NCBI GenBank assembly: GCA_903862855.1 | Contig: CAIOZW010000046.1 | Coordinates: forward strand, 18,587-82,586 | Source of the DNA: an uncultured Acidobacteriota bacterium | Lineage (GTDB): Bacteria > Acidobacteriota > Blastocatellia > RBC074 | Length of the DNA: 64,000 nucleotides | Direction of reading: 5' to 3' | Shown here: piece by piece, positions 30,202 to 41,908 of the stretch | Layout: each line of letters opens with the position of its first letter | How positions within the stretch are numbered: position 1 is the first letter of the stretch | Position numbers and translations under genes: made by a program | Notes under the pieces: model-generated | Databases searched by the model: none | Told to the model about the DNA's origin: nothing | Seen by the model: only the letters and a program-made list of their open reading frames with translations

Positions 30202-30235
30202 GGACCAGTGAGTTCAATTCTCACTGGTCCTTTTT
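30202..30235 (+). terminator. Rho-independent terminator for the plus-strand brx transcript. It is embedded in the last codons of the convergent recD2.
   Basis: ggaccagtgag-ttcaatt-ctcactggtcc 11 bp stem followed by ttttt. The right arm encodes the final KKDQ* of recD2 on the other strand. Confidence 0.5.
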
Positions 30236-32467
30236 CATTTCTGACGACTGGTCGAAGTCGAGTCGGACGGGGTTAATGTGGAGGGACTCGACCAGACCGG
30301 TATGACGGATCATGGCTTCGGTGGAGTTCATGGCGAGGGCAATCGCGCGGGTTGAGCCGATGAGCACGACCGTCCTCTTTGCTCTGGTGAGAGCCGTGTA
30401 GAGGAGATTGCGACTGAGCATGAGAAAGTGCGAGGTATGGAGTGGCAGAACGACCGCCGGATACTCGCTCCCCTGAGATTTGTGGACAGTAACGCAGTAT
30501 CCGTGTGCAAGTTCAAGGAGGTCGGCGTAGTCATAGGCGACAAGCCGGTCGCCGAAGCGGATGGCGACCAGTTGATCTTCGAGATCGATGGCCTCGATCA
30601 ATCCCATATCGCCATTGAATACCTCGAGCCTGTAGTTGTTGACTCTCTGGATGACCTTGTCACCGACCCGGAGAGCGCGGTTACCGCGCACAAGTTCAGG
30701 TTGCCCGGGGAGAGGTGGATTGAGTGCCTGCTGAAGAGTATTGTTGAGTGAGTTGGCGCCAACCTGGCCACGATTCATCGGAGCGAGTATCTGAATGTCA
30801 CGGCGCGGATCGAAACCAAACCGTTTGGGGAGGCTGGTGACAACTGCTTTGACAAGGAGATTGACGATCTCGGCCGAGTCTTCGGTTTCGATGAAGTAAC
30901 AGTCACTCTTCCCCTCCCCGGGGGTGATCAATTGCGGAAACTCGCCGCGGTTGATGCGGTGGGCATTCTGAACGATGAGACTCTCGGCAGCCTGGCGAAA
31001 GACCTGGGTCAGCCGGGCGACCGGGATACGGCTGGAGCGAATCAGATCCTGCAGAACCTTACCTGGTCCGACAGAGGGAAGCTGGTCGACATCACCGACG
31101 AGGACCAGGCGGGCATTTGGTGAGACAGCCTTGAAGAGGCTGTTGGCAAGGAGGAGATCGATCATCGAGGCCTCGTCGATGATCACGACATCGGCCTCGA
31201 GGGGGTTCTGTTCATCGCGACGAAAGGCCATCTGCGATGGATCAAACTCCAGCAGGCGGTGAATGGTCCTGGCCTCGCACCCGGTCACCTCTGCCAGACG
31301 CTGGGCAGCGCGGCCGGTCGGACTGGCGAGTGCGACACGGAGACGCATGGCAAGAAAGAGCTGAACCATGGCCCGCAGGGTCGTCGTCTTGCCCGTTCCC
31401 GGCCCCCCGGTCAGAATAAGCAGTCGGCGGGCCGCCGCTTCGAGAATGGCTTCACGCTGTTCGGGTGAGAGTTCGATCTCGTGGTGACCGGTATAGCGGG
31501 CAAGCCATTGTTCGACGCGTGGGGCATCGACAGAGACCGGTTGGGAGAGTAGAAGCCCGAGGCGCCGGGCAATCGATCGCTCGGCGAGCCAGAAGGGTGG
31601 CAGGTAGACGGCCAGATCGGTGGAGAGGGTCTCGCGGCGCAGCTCACCGGCGGCAATCATTTGCGCCGAGACTGCAGCCAGACTGGCTGGCATCGCTTCA
31701 CCTTCGAGCTCGAGAATGCGGGCCGCTCTCTCGAGCAGATCGTTCTGAGGCAGGAAGCAGTGGCCTTCATCGGCCGCCTCGGAGAGGACGAAGCGGAGCC
31801 CCGACTGGAGTCGCTCCGGTGCATCGATTGGCAGTCCAAGATTGCGGGCAATCTGATCGGCGGTGCGAAAGCCGATTCCATAGACCTCCGCCGCGAGCCG
31901 GTAGGGGTTCTGCTCGACGATCGCGATCGCTTCGTGGCCGTAATGCTTGAAGATCTTGACGCCGAAATGGGTCGAGACACCGTGGCTCTGCAGAAAGAGC
32001 ATTACCTGCTTGATCGACTGCTGCTCGGCCCATGCTCGCTCGATCAGTTCGACCCTTTTTCTGGCAATCCCCTTCACTTCACCGAGCCTCGAGATCTCAT
32101 TCTCGATGACGTCAAGCGTCTTCTCGCCAAAGTGATCGACGATCCGCCGCGCCGTGATCGGACCAACCCCCTTGATCAGACCTGAACCGAGGTATTTCTG
32201 GATACCGGCAATGGTTGCCGGACGAAGGACCTCATACGACTGTGACTTGAACTGATCGCCATACTTGGGATGGGTCGTCCACCAGCCACTCAGCCGCAGT
32301 TGTTCGCCCGGTGAGACGGTTGAGAAGCTGCCGATGACCGTTACCGGATCTGACATACCGGCAACGACGAGGCGAAGAACGGAGTAGCCGTTCTCCTCGT
32401 TATGGTAGGTGACCCGCTCAACCGAGCCAGTCAGTGCCTGCTGTATGGTTCCCTTCTCTGATGACAT
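30221..32467 (-). CDS. recD2: RecD2-type SF1 5'-3' DNA helicase (RecD/TraA family).
   Basis: Walker A LTGGPGTGKTT, motif VLVGDVDQLPSVGPG, and a C-terminal RecD SH3-like region. The N-terminus MSSEKGTIQQALTGSVERVTYHNEENGYSVLRL matches RecD2/YrrC. Start trimmed to ATG 32467, with GAGAGGA 6 nt upstream. Confidence 0.85.
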   Translation of the reverse strand: MSSEKGTIQQALTGSVERVTYHNEENGYSVLRLVVAGMSDPVTVIGSFSTVSPGEQLRLSGWWTTHPKYGDQFKSQSYEVLRPATIAGIQKYLGSGLIKGVGPITARRIVDHFGEKTLDVIENEISRLGEVKGIARKRVELIERAWAEQQSIKQVMLFLQSHGVSTHFGVKIFKHYGHEAIAIVEQNPYRLAAEVYGIGFRTADQIARNLGLPIDAPERLQSGLRFVLSEAADEGHCFLPQNDLLERAARILELEGEAMPASLAAVSAQMIAAGELRRETLSTDLAVYLPPFWLAERSIARRLGLLLSQPVSVDAPRVEQWLARYTGHHEIELSPEQREAILEAAARRLLILTGGPGTGKTTTLRAMVQLFLAMRLRVALASPTGRAAQRLAEVTGCEARTIHRLLEFDPSQMAFRRDEQNPLEADVVIIDEASMIDLLLANSLFKAVSPNARLVLVGDVDQLPSVGPGKVLQDLIRSSRIPVARLTQVFRQAAESLIVQNAHRINRGEFPQLITPGEGKSDCYFIETEDSAEIVNLLVKAVVTSLPKRFGFDPRRDIQILAPMNRGQVGANSLNNTLQQALNPPLPGQPELVRGNRALRVGDKVIQRVNNYRLEVFNGDMGLIEAIDLEDQLVAIRFGDRLVAYDYADLLELAHGYCVTVHKSQGSEYPAVVLPLHTSHFLMLSRNLLYTALTRAKRTVVLIGSTRAIALAMNSTEAMIRHTGLVESLHINPVRLDFDQSSEMKKDQ

Positions 32468-32604
32468 TGCCGATCCTCTCAAGCCAGCGCTGAAGACCAA
32501 GAGTAGCATGGCTTGACATTCACTGACACAGTTCATACTCTTGATTTTATTGTTGTGTGACACCTGTCTCGCTATTATGACGATGGAGATGGTGTAATGG
32601 ACCG

Positions 32605-33666
32605 GTGCTGAGTGACTTAACCGGCCTGCTGGCAGGGGGGTTAGTTGTGCCATTCTTTTTTGATCTGTCATCTCTTGCGCCGCTTGTTGAGCGCAATCCA
32701 TTCGAACCATTGCTGGTCAGGGATGACGAGTCCACTCAACCTTTGACAGAGGCCATCGGTGCCGAACCGGTCGCCGACTTTGGACTGCCGATCCCGGATC
32801 AGTACGATTTCGACCTCATGCGGGCGCTGGTTCAGGATCCATTCCGCCTCTACGTCTACTGGAATCTCCGTCACAGTCCGTGGGATCGGCTACGCCGCAT
32901 CTTTCCGGCACAGGAAGCAGATAACTTCAGACTGACCTTGCGGCTGATCGATGAGACGAACAACATCGCCGTCTTCTTCGAGGTTCCCTACACGCGCGAA
33001 TACTGGTTCAATGTCTTTCCCGACCGCACCTACCGGGTCGAGCTGGGCCTTCGTTCACCAGGATCCGGCTACATCAGACTGCTCAGCACCCAGGCGGTGA
33101 CGACACCGCGCGGGGGGCCGTCGAATCAGGTTGCGGCAGATGAAAATTACACGATCAGTGCCGATGACTATCTGCAGGTGCTGCGGGAGAGCCACCTCAT
33201 CCCGGAGAGGGCGTGGCAACCGGCAGGTCTGGGGATAGATCAGTGGCGTGAAGTAGCGGGATCGTCCTGGGATTCGCTCCCCCCCACCTTTCGCCGCATC
33301 CTGAAAGTGATCAGAGACATTCAGGCCGGGCGTGAATACGATCGCTGGTGGGAGCAGCTCGCGCAGGAGGAGCTGGCCGACCTGGTCCGCGAGTTCCTCT
33401 CGATCATCCGCAGTATGGGTGATGGTGAGACTGGATATATTCTGCTCATGCGTTATCTGCCGGAGCTACTGCGCCGGGCCATTCGGGCCGAGGGTGGAGA
33501 AGAGATCCGGGTCGACAAGCCGGTGGAGATCTTCCTCGCCGAGCGGCTGGGTCAGTCATCATCGGAGATGGGTCCGGCAAGCAGTGCCGAGGCGGACTCG
33601 GCCGCACCAGCCGGCGGTGCGGCGTCCTCGATGGGCCAGTGGATACCGGGACTCACCGACAATTGA
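32605..33666 (+). CDS. Hypothetical protein, conserved unknown function. It is divergent from recD2 and directly upstream of the GH57 gene.
   Basis: 353 aa ORF with GTG start and a Trp/Arg-rich core (YVYWNLRHSPWDRLRR...). No assignable catalytic motif; start uncertain. Confidence 0.4.
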   Translation: MLSDLTGLLAGGLVVPFFFDLSSLAPLVERNPFEPLLVRDDESTQPLTEAIGAEPVADFGLPIPDQYDFDLMRALVQDPFRLYVYWNLRHSPWDRLRRIFPAQEADNFRLTLRLIDETNNIAVFFEVPYTREYWFNVFPDRTYRVELGLRSPGSGYIRLLSTQAVTTPRGGPSNQVAADENYTISADDYLQVLRESHLIPERAWQPAGLGIDQWREVAGSSWDSLPPTFRRILKVIRDIQAGREYDRWWEQLAQEELADLVREFLSIIRSMGDGETGYILLMRYLPELLRRAIRAEGGEEIRVDKPVEIFLAERLGQSSSEMGPASSAEADSAAPAGGAASSMGQWIPGLTDN

Positions 33667-33805
33667 ATAGAAACAGCCGACATCGGAGGAGCCAACCGTG
33701 GAGCGTTTCGCTGCTTCGCGGCGATTCAGGCCTGTAGCGTCCCAATGTTGCCTGTTCCGATTCAGGGTCTGACAAAATTCGGCAATCAAGGATCGGAGCT
33801 AAGTA

Positions 33806-35407
<1,602 letters not shown>

Positions 35408-35518
35408 TCCGGCTACCACACCACACTCTCCGGTCTGCTCGGGCAGTCAAGCCGGTCTTCGCCCGATTCGCCTTGCGAAAAAAAATGGTCTCAAAACAGG
35501 CGTAAGCGCTGACTTCTC

Positions 35519-35548
35519 ATGCCAAAGATGCCTGGCTGGGGCTATAAT
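35519..35548 (+). promoter_or_regulatory. Candidate sigma70 promoter for the Mo-hydroxylase operon.
   Basis: ATGCCA, 18 nt spacer, perfect TATAAT at 35543-35548, about 60 nt upstream of the start. Confidence 0.3.
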
Positions 35549-35608
35549 CCGGTGTCTGTTTGTAATCACTATACCGTACATACCAAAACCATAATGGGAG
35601 GCATGCGC

Positions 35609-36263
35609 ATGAGCAGTTCAGATGAACGGCGCGATGAGGCTGAGAAGCCAGTTGTATCGCGGCGCAATTTTCTCAAAGGGACCGGAGTCGCCGGGGTCGC
35701 CCTGACAATACCGCTCGCTCCCGGAGCCGAGGCCCAGGCCGGCGTAGCCGGCGTGACGGTCATTGGTCCGGAGAGGAGCAAGATCACCCTCAACGTCAAT
35801 GGAACTCCGCGCGCGCTCGAGGTTGAGCCACGCGTGACGCTTCTTGATGCGCTGCGGAACGATCTGGACGTGACCGGAGCCAAGCGGGTCTGCGATCGGG
35901 CGACCTGTGGAGCCTGCTCGGTCATCCTTGACGGCAAGCTGGTCTACGGCTGCTCGGTCCTCGCGATCGAGGCCCAGGGTCGGAAGATCGAGACGGTCGA
36001 GAGCCTCGCCAGCAATGGCCAGCTCCATCCGGTCCAGAAGGCTTTTGTCGACAACGATGCGCAGCAGTGCGGATTCTGCACGCCAGGTTTCGTTATGGCC
36101 TGCAAGTCGCTGCTCGATCATCATCCGGAGCCCTCGGCTGATGATATACGGCTGGGACTCGGCGGCAATCTCTGCCGTTGCGGAACCTATGTCGGAATCA
36201 AGGCAGCGGTAGCCCAGGCGGCAACCGAGATGAAGAAGACCCGCACGAAAGGAGGCCGACGCA

Positions 36264-36271
<8 letters not shown>
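35609..36271 (+). CDS. Xanthine-dehydrogenase-family [2Fe-2S] small subunit with a TAT signal (CoxS/PaoA-like).
   Basis: SRRNFLKGTGVAGVALT TAT leader. Two 2Fe-2S Cys clusters (CGACS..., CGFCTPG, CRCGTY). GGGAGG RBS 7 nt upstream of ATG 35609. ATGA overlap with the large subunit. Confidence 0.85.
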
Positions 36272-38413
<2,142 letters not shown>

Positions 38414-38417
<4 letters not shown>

Positions 38418-39400
38418 ACAAGTTTGAATATGCCAGTCCAACCACTAAGGAGCAGGCGGTAGCGATGCTCGGCAAGGCCTGGGGAGAGACCGAGATCCTT
38501 GCCGGAGGGACTGATCTGCTCAGCCTGATGAAGGACTTTGTCGCCACTCCCCAGCGGATCGTCAACATCAAGGGGATCAAGGAGCTCTCGAGTCTCCAGA
38601 TTCTTCGTGATGGATCGGCCCGGATCGGTGCACTGGTGACCATTGACCAGCTGCTCGAGGCGACCCGGAAGAGCCATCCCGCGCTCTCCCAGGCTGCCGC
38701 CGGTATCGCCAGTCCGCAGATTCGCAACATGGGGACTGTTGCCGGAGACCTTTGCCAGCGCCCGCGCTGCTGGTACTACCGTGCCGGTTTCGGGCTGCTG
38801 GCCCGCAATGATGCCGGTCAGGCACTCGTTCCCAGTGGTGACAACCGTTACCACGCTATTCTTGGCAATAAGGGACCTGCTCTCTTCGTCAACCCCTCGT
38901 CACTCGCCCCGGCGCTCATCGCACTGGCGGCCAAGGTCCAGATCTTCGGCCCCGATGGCGCTCGTGAAGTGGAGGTCGAGAAGTTCTTCGTCGCTCCGCA
39001 ATCATCGGCTGATCGTGAGTATGCGCTCAAGTCGAACGAGCTGGTCACCGGGATTTCAATCCCCAAGTCGACCGGACTCCTCAGCGCAACCTATGAGGTA
39101 CGGCAACGTGAAGTCCTCGACTGGCCCCTGGCAGCTGCCTCGGTCGCCATCAAGCTCGATGCAGCCAAGAAGGTCACTTCGGCACGCATCGCGCTTGGAC
39201 ACGTCGCTCCAACCCCCTGGGTCGCGACGGAAGCGGCGTCGACTCTGATTGGCAAAACGATCAGTGAAGAGTCTGCGGTTGCTGCCGGCAAGCTGGCCAC
39301 AGCCGGGGCCCAGCCGCTCAGCCACAACGCCTACAAGGTCCAGCTTACCCAGGTCGCCGTCAAACGGGCGCTCCTCGCGGCGGCTGGCATTTCGGCCTGA
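38414..39400 (+). CDS. Xanthine-dehydrogenase-family FAD-binding medium subunit (CoxM/PaoB-like).
   Basis: FAD-binding PCMH domain with AGGTDLL and the CO-dehydrogenase flavoprotein C-terminal domain. ATGA overlap with the large subunit. Confidence 0.85.
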
Positions 39401-39414
39401 TCTGGAGGTAGAAG

Positions 39415-39636
39415 ATGACTGAATCAGAACGCTACGATACAAACCGTCCCAATCTCTGTCCTTCCCTCCGCTGGAAGGGAATGTTCATCTGGACGGAGCA
39501 CGACCCAACCGTTCAACGCTCCAATACCGGCAGCTTCTGGTGCTTCCACACTCAGAACTGTCTTGGACCTGACGGGAAGGTTGCTGAACCGGAATTTTGC
39601 TGCTCATCCGATCGCGGTTGCCATGCGCCGGAATGA
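39415..39636 (+). CDS. Small cysteine-rich hypothetical protein (73 aa, 6 Cys) immediately after the Mo-hydroxylase operon.
   Basis: GGAGG RBS 6-7 nt upstream of the ATG. Cys at positions 15, 43, 49, 62, 63 and 69. No recognisable family. Confidence 0.4.
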   Translation: MTESERYDTNRPNLCPSLRWKGMFIWTEHDPTVQRSNTGSFWCFHTQNCLGPDGKVAEPEFCCSSDRGCHAPE

Positions 39637-39783
39637 GTCAGTAAAATAAGAAACGTTTTCATATGGCCGTAAGGCTTGAAGGGCGGAGAGATCCTCGACT
39701 GTTGGCTCTCTTCGCTCTTCTTCTCTTTTTCCCCCGCGAGATCTGCACTGCAGATCCGACATTATTTGAGGAGGCTCTCACAA

Positions 39784-40458
39784 ATGAAAAGACTGGCGAT
39801 TCTTCCTGGTGTTTGCCTGTTGGGGATCTTGCTCACCACTGGCGTAATGGCTCAACAGATCCATGGTGATTACATCGAATCGCGAAATGCCGACGTCTAC
39901 ACCGGCCATTGCTTCGCGATGTCGGAACTGAATCTGGCCGGTGACCAGGCAATCCTTGCCTGGCGGGTCTCGAAGGGTGAATGGGACGGCGTGCCGCTTG
40001 ACGGACTGAGTGTCGTCGGTGTGACGCGGGCCTCGGGTACTCTCGGCAGCCCGTACAGCGAGAACCTGACCTCAAAGACCGTGCTCATCCTCGATGAGCG
40101 TGCCACTTCCGAACAGAGAAAAGCTCTCGCCTCACTTGCCCGGACGATGAGCGGAAACCTGCTCGATGATGTCGTCCGTACGGAGATCGCACCAATTCGG
40201 CTCGAGCTGGAGTTCATGGGTGAACATCCCAGTGGTGGTCGCGTCGAGGCCGGATCGATCGCCAGTATCGTCGCCCGCAGCCTGACGGCCAAGGACCATA
40301 TCTGCGGCAATGAACAGACCTACTATCCTCCTCTCGCTTCAACGGCTCATAGCATGCCTGTCGTCGCTTCACTCGACCAGTTCAATGGTGCCGGTCTTGG
40401 CGTCTCCTGGACGCTCCGAGGCAAGCGCAGTGCTTTTGTGGGCCATTTTGCCCGCTAG
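39784..40458 (+). CDS. Secreted hypothetical protein.
   Basis: Signal peptide MKRLAILPGVCLLGILLTTGVMAQQ, with a mature region starting HGDY.... No family assignable. Confidence 0.5.
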   Translation: MKRLAILPGVCLLGILLTTGVMAQQIHGDYIESRNADVYTGHCFAMSELNLAGDQAILAWRVSKGEWDGVPLDGLSVVGVTRASGTLGSPYSENLTSKTVLILDERATSEQRKALASLARTMSGNLLDDVVRTEIAPIRLELEFMGEHPSGGRVEAGSIASIVARSLTAKDHICGNEQTYYPPLASTAHSMPVVASLDQFNGAGLGVSWTLRGKRSAFVGHFAR

Positions 40459-40503
40459 ACCGGGATTGTTCAAAGACAGATCCGGGTCAACTTTGGAGTA
40501 GAA

Positions 40504-41160
40504 ATGTTCAAGCAAGTTCTGACAATGCTGTTCCTTTTTCTCTTCCTGCCTCTTACCGGACTTGGGGGAGATTACAAGGTCGAACCGATTGGCGAAATGG
40601 CCGCTTCACCAATCGCCGATTCAGTGCGGGGAGTCATCGATACCAAAGGGCTGCGGGTCATCGACAGCCAGGGAAAGACGGTCTGTGAGATCTGGCTGCG
40701 AAAGGAGATCCCGGGTGGAGCTGAAGAGGTCCCCGGGGCAGTCTTCTCGAAGATCGGTGAAGGCGCACTCGCCGGGGTGATCAATTTTCCAGGTAACGCT
40801 GGTGACTTCCGTGGACAGGGACTCAAGGCGGGCTGGTACACCATTCGTTACGGAATGATCCTTCAGGATGGTAACCATCTGGGAGTCTCGCCAACCCGTG
40901 ACTTCTTTGTTCTCTGCCCGGTTGCCGAGGACAGGGATCCGGAGAAAAAGCTCAGCTTCGAGGAGATGATGAAGATGAGCCGCAACGCCTCTGGCACCGG
41001 CCACCCGTCGTGCTGGAGCCTTGTTCCGGCGACGGACGAAAAAGGGCTTCCGCACATTGTCAAAAACGAACACGAGCACGTCGTCGTCGAGTTTATGCTC
41101 CCGATCAAGGGTGGTGCCTTGGCTGCTGGTCTCATCGTTGTCGGAAAGACGGAGGGCTGA
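40504..41160 (+). CDS. Secreted hypothetical protein.
   Basis: Signal peptide MFKQVLTMLFLFLFLPLTGLGGDY. 218 aa. Its stop overlaps the RBS of the next gene. Confidence 0.5.
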   Translation: MFKQVLTMLFLFLFLPLTGLGGDYKVEPIGEMAASPIADSVRGVIDTKGLRVIDSQGKTVCEIWLRKEIPGGAEEVPGAVFSKIGEGALAGVINFPGNAGDFRGQGLKAGWYTIRYGMILQDGNHLGVSPTRDFFVLCPVAEDRDPEKKLSFEEMMKMSRNASGTGHPSCWSLVPATDEKGLPHIVKNEHEHVVVEFMLPIKGGALAAGLIVVGKTEG

Positions 41161-41165
41161 TACTG

Positions 41166-41522
41166 ATGAAGATAACCTTCTTCTACAAGTCGACCTGAAC
41201 GACCTGTCGTAACGCGAGGAGTCTCCTCCGCGATGCAATGGGTGAAAAGGCTGCGAGCGGTCTCGTGGAACGTGACTATTCCAAAAAGCCGCTGACAGAG
41301 TGTGAGGTAAGAGAGATCTTTGGAGACGATGCTCTTCTCCCCTTCCTCAATTCGCGTCACGTGATATTCAAGGAACGTGGATTTGCGACCAGTCTCCCCC
41401 CGATCGAGGAGCTGATCGAACTGATCATTGGTGAGCCGAATCTGCTGCGTCGACCAATTCTTCGCCGTGGCAGAAAGTTTGTGATCGGGTCCGATCAGGA
41501 GGCGATCCGGGCACTGATCTGA
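41166..41522 (+). CDS. ArsC/Spx/YffB-family thioredoxin-fold protein with an in-frame TGA (41196-41198) at the first position of the redox motif (U-T-T-C). Candidate selenocysteine-containing protein, 118 aa.
   Basis: MKITFFYKST-[TGA]-TTCRNARSLL...LRRPIL...IGSDQEAI matches the family N-terminal pattern (IYxxxxCxTCRKA) with Sec in place of Cys. The reading frame is continuous across the TGA into the ORF-track ORF 41238-41522. GGAGGG RBS sits 11 nt upstream of ATG 41166. Confidence 0.6.
41213..41232 (+). promoter_or_regulatory. Candidate bacterial SECIS-like stem-loop 14 nt downstream of the in-frame UGA.
   Basis: cgcGAGGA-GUC-UCCUC(c)gcg: 5 bp GAGGA/UCCUC apical stem with a GUC loop, then 3 bp CGC/GCG separated by a bulged C. 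Position and G/U-containing loop resemble the fdhF-type SECIS. Confidence 0.4.
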
Positions 41523-41830
41523 TCCTCTGAGCGTCACCAGGTACGCCAGGGATCGATCGTGACCAGAGATCGATCCTGGATGGTCTGCCTGGTCACGATC
41601 TTATTCAACTACGGCCTCCGGGTTTTGTCTGGGGGCTCCGCCCCCCCCGGTTCTCGGCAAAGAGTCAACCGCATTAAAATCAATCTTGGATTAATCGAAC
41701 GGATGAACAACTGATCAATTCCAATGCGGCGTTGCTTGGGAACACCTTCGATTTCACTTCCATACCCGGGGTTGCACCCTGGGTAGTCTGGATTTATTGG
41801 CTAAAAATCTTCCACACGCAAAATAGAAAA

Positions 41831-41866
41831 CCCCGGGGATCTTCACCATTCTGAAGATCCCCGGGG
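41831..41866 (-). terminator. Rho-independent terminator for rne, in a bidirectional position.
   Basis: ccccggggatcttc-accattct-gaagatccccgggg 14 bp stem. On the minus strand it is followed by ttttctatttt. It sits 40 nt after the rne stop. Confidence 0.65.
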
Positions 41867-41908
41867 GGTATGTTTACGGCAGGTGTGGTTTCAGTCCGTC
41901 CGGTAATT

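Noticed and set aside
32468-32710. 81 aa N-terminal extension of the recD2 ORF.
   Set aside because: The extension has no helicase homology. The internal ATG at 32467 has a GAGAGGA SD and yields the canonical RecD2 N-terminus. The extension would also overlap the divergent gene.
41010-41198. ORF-track ORF of 62 aa overlapping the end of the secreted protein gene and ending at TGA 41198.
   Set aside because: Only its last 10 codons (MKITFFYKST) are meaningful, as the N-terminus of the ArsC-like gene. The upstream part is an out-of-frame overlap with the preceding gene and has no RBS.
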